This document shows positions 62,247 to 64,000 of a stretch of DNA of 64,000 nt, in pieces (the stretch's first letter is position 1; every line of letters starts with the position of its first letter). The DNA is from Gammaproteobacteria bacterium (lineage in GTDB: Bacteria > Pseudomonadota > Gammaproteobacteria > UBA4575). The position numbers were made by a program, and so were the translations under genes. Where the stretch lies: NCBI GenBank assembly GCA_965243395.1, contig CBDEUS010000002.1, positions 224,001 to 288,000 on the forward strand, in the 5' to 3' direction. The notes under the pieces were generated by a model. The model was given only the letters and a program-made list of their open reading frames with translations, was not told where the DNA came from and ran no database searches.

Positions 62247-62274
62247 AAAAACGCCTAGAGTGAATCTAGGCGTT
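62247..62274 (-). terminator. Intrinsic terminator
   Basis: Minus strand AACGCCTAGA-TTCAC-TCTAGGCGTTTTT. Confidence 0.8.
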
Positions 62275-62304
62275 ATATTTAAAATATTAGACAATAGATA
62301 TTAG

Positions 62305-62553
62305 TTATTTTTTTATCATTCGATAAAGAAATAGTAATACCAGTGAGCCGGCAACAGCAATTACAAGACTTATTAAGTTGAAACCTGTGACCGTTCCAAA
62401 CCCTAATAAAGTACTAATATAACCGCCCACAAAGGCACCAGCAATTCCAAGCAAAATAGTCACAATGATTCCACCAGGATCCTTGCCTGGCATAATCAAC
62501 TTTGCTATCGCACCCACAACGCCGCCCAAGACGATCCAAGTTAGAATTCCCAT
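62305..62553 (-). CDS. GlsB/YeaQ/YmgE (transglycosylase-associated) membrane protein
   Basis: WIVLG..VG.IAK..MPG, LGIAGAFVGG. Confidence 0.93.
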   Translation of the reverse strand: MGILTWIVLGGVVGAIAKLIMPGKDPGGIIVTILLGIAGAFVGGYISTLLGFGTVTGFNLISLVIAVAGSLVLLFLYRMIKK

Positions 62554-62603
62554 AGCTTCTCCTTACTTATTATTTTTATAGTTAAGCTATTTTTATATCT
62601 TAA

Positions 62604-63002
62604 TTAGCCGTCTGAAGCCGCCTCTGCTGCATCGCCAGCGTGCTCTTTTGCTTTCTCAGCTGCATCACCCGCATGTTCTTTTGCTTTTTCAACAACCTCT
62701 TCAGCTTTTTCCATCATGGTTTCACCATCTTCTGAGGCCATTTCCTCTTCAATAGGAGGAAGAGAATCCCAATCTGGTAGTGGCTCAAGTTTAGGTCCGC
62801 CAGCTGAATCAGCTGCATCGCCCGCATGCTCTTTGGCCTCTTCACCTGCGTGCTCTTTAGCTTCATCACCCGCATGTTCTTTGGCTTCTCCGGCCTCTTC
62901 ACCTGCGTGCTCTTTAGCTTCATCGCCTGCGTGCTCAGCATCATCTTTGCTGCAGCCAAACATTAAGGCAGCGACTAATAATAGTAATATTAATTTATAC
63001 AT
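62604..63002 (-). CDS. Acidic lipoprotein with seven EHAG repeats
   Basis: Lipobox MFGC; unit EAKEHAG(D/E), 24-bp DNA repeats; AGGAG RBS. Confidence 0.85.
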   Translation of the reverse strand: MYKLILLLLVAALMFGCSKDDAEHAGDEAKEHAGEEAGEAKEHAGDEAKEHAGEEAKEHAGDAADSAGGPKLEPLPDWDSLPPIEEEMASEDGETMMEKAEEVVEKAKEHAGDAAEKAKEHAGDAAEAASDG

Positions 63003-63307
63003 CAGAAACTCACTCCTATAAGTATTATATTTTTTGATTTTTTATATTTTTTAGTATGTCACTTTAGCATGCTCTAGCGAGCAGTGACGCTAATGTAGTG
63101 TAGGCACTCTCTTGACAGAATATAAAATGTCTATATTTTTATTGTGGTTATTATTATTATTTTTATACTGAATACTCATCTCAAAATGAGTAAACAATAA
63201 ATAATTATAACAAGCGATGAAGTGTTTGGAATTGTTATTTGTGCATTATTTATACGCAATGCTATACAAGATATTGATTAAGCTGTAATTAAAAGTCAGT
63301 CAGCCTG

Positions 63308-64000
63308 TTATTTATCAATGTCTGCAAGCTCGCCTTTAACCTGCTCGAAACTTGTATGGCGAACATCGGTTCCTGCAACGGTATAGATTATATATTCACA
63401 TATATTTTTTGCGTGATCTCCAATCCTTTCTAGAGAACGTGCGCACCACATTACTCTTAGTGCTCGCTTAATAGCTCTTGGATCTTCCATCATATGCGTA
63501 ATGAGTTGTCGGACTAAAGAATCATATTCGTCATTTATTTCGCGATCACCTTTTGCAATAGCTAAAGCATTTTCTGTATCCATGCGCGCAAATGCGTCCA
63601 AACTATCATGCAACATTTTTCGCACCTGCTCACCTAAATGTTTAATCTCCATATAATAATCAGGCGTGCGCTCTACCGTAGCAAGTTTTACTGCATGTCG
63701 ACCAATTTTTTCTGCTTCATCACCAATTCTTTCTAAATCAGTTATGGTTTTAATCATGGTTACGACTAAACGCAGATCACTTGCTGCGGGCTGTCTTTTT
63801 GCAATAACTTGTGTACATTCTTCATCAATCGCAACTTCCATAGAGTTAATTTTATAATCACTAGTTGCAACATCTTCAGCTAAGCTACTGTCCGATCTCG
63901 TTAAGGCAATTAATGCATTTTCGACTTGTTTTTCTACCAAGCCGCCCATATTCAACACTTTGCTACGTAATGATTCTAAATCTTCATCAAATTGATGAGA
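63308..64000 (-). CDS. phoU: Phosphate signalling protein PhoU (5' end outside the window)
   Basis: Frame open to the window edge (SHQFDEDL...), RQPAASDLR, DLERIGD, LERIGDHAKNICE. Confidence 0.96.
   Translation of the reverse strand, partial: SHQFDEDLESLRSKVLNMGGLVEKQVENALIALTRSDSSLAEDVATSDYKINSMEVAIDEECTQVIAKRQPAASDLRLVVTMIKTITDLERIGDEAEKIGRHAVKLATVERTPDYYMEIKHLGEQVRKMLHDSLDAFARMDTENALAIAKGDREINDEYDSLVRQLITHMMEDPRAIKRALRVMWCARSLERIGDHAKNICEYIIYTVAGTDVRHTSFEQVKGELADIDK

Noticed and set aside
62604-62940. 24-bp DNA repeats as a CRISPR array
   Set aside because: They are in-frame coding repeats without unique spacers, and no cas genes are present.
63003-63307. (TTA)n run, TTGACA and small hairpins in the phoU-lipoprotein spacer
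   Set aside because: Low-complexity AT-rich DNA; -35/-10 spacing is off and no terminator-bounded RNA is evident.

Overview
AT-leaning gammaproteobacterial chromosome segment made up mostly of core genes in Pseudomonas-like order. In sequence order it holds: a sigma54/NtrC-controlled TorF-porin–glnK–amtB operon, ubiK–comM, cytochrome c5, an SLC13 permease, NlpC/P60, dsbA–cytochrome c4–engB, polA, thrB, a split TRAP transporter, ubiE-ubiJ-ubiB-uvrD, hslVU, lptM-lysA-…-dapF-DUF484-xerC, argH/algZ-algR-hemCDXY, a 10-gene Mrp-type cation/H+ antiporter operon, gmk-rpoZ-spoT-ridA-recG, and phoU (its 5' end lies outside the window). No rRNA, tRNA, CRISPR array, transposase or prophage was recognised. 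Signals not explained by routine annotation: (1) a ~112-nt four-hairpin sRNA candidate with C-rich anti-SD loops and a textbook sigmaE promoter in the polA–engB (Spot42/ErsA/sX13) position; (2) an orphan paralogous gene pair (59103-60899) sharing an N-terminal helical domain and a C-terminal HTH-like domain; (3) an orphan secreted-protein gene bracketed by 29-bp direct repeats, like a cassette; (4) a dispersed 46-bp twin-hairpin repeat with CsrA-type GGA loops, sitting just after stop codons; (5) a diverged duplicate of the gmk 5' end; (6) an RNAP omega subunit with a long acidic tail; (7) several small ORFs absent from the ORF track. All product calls come from manual motif and synteny recognition, not database searches.
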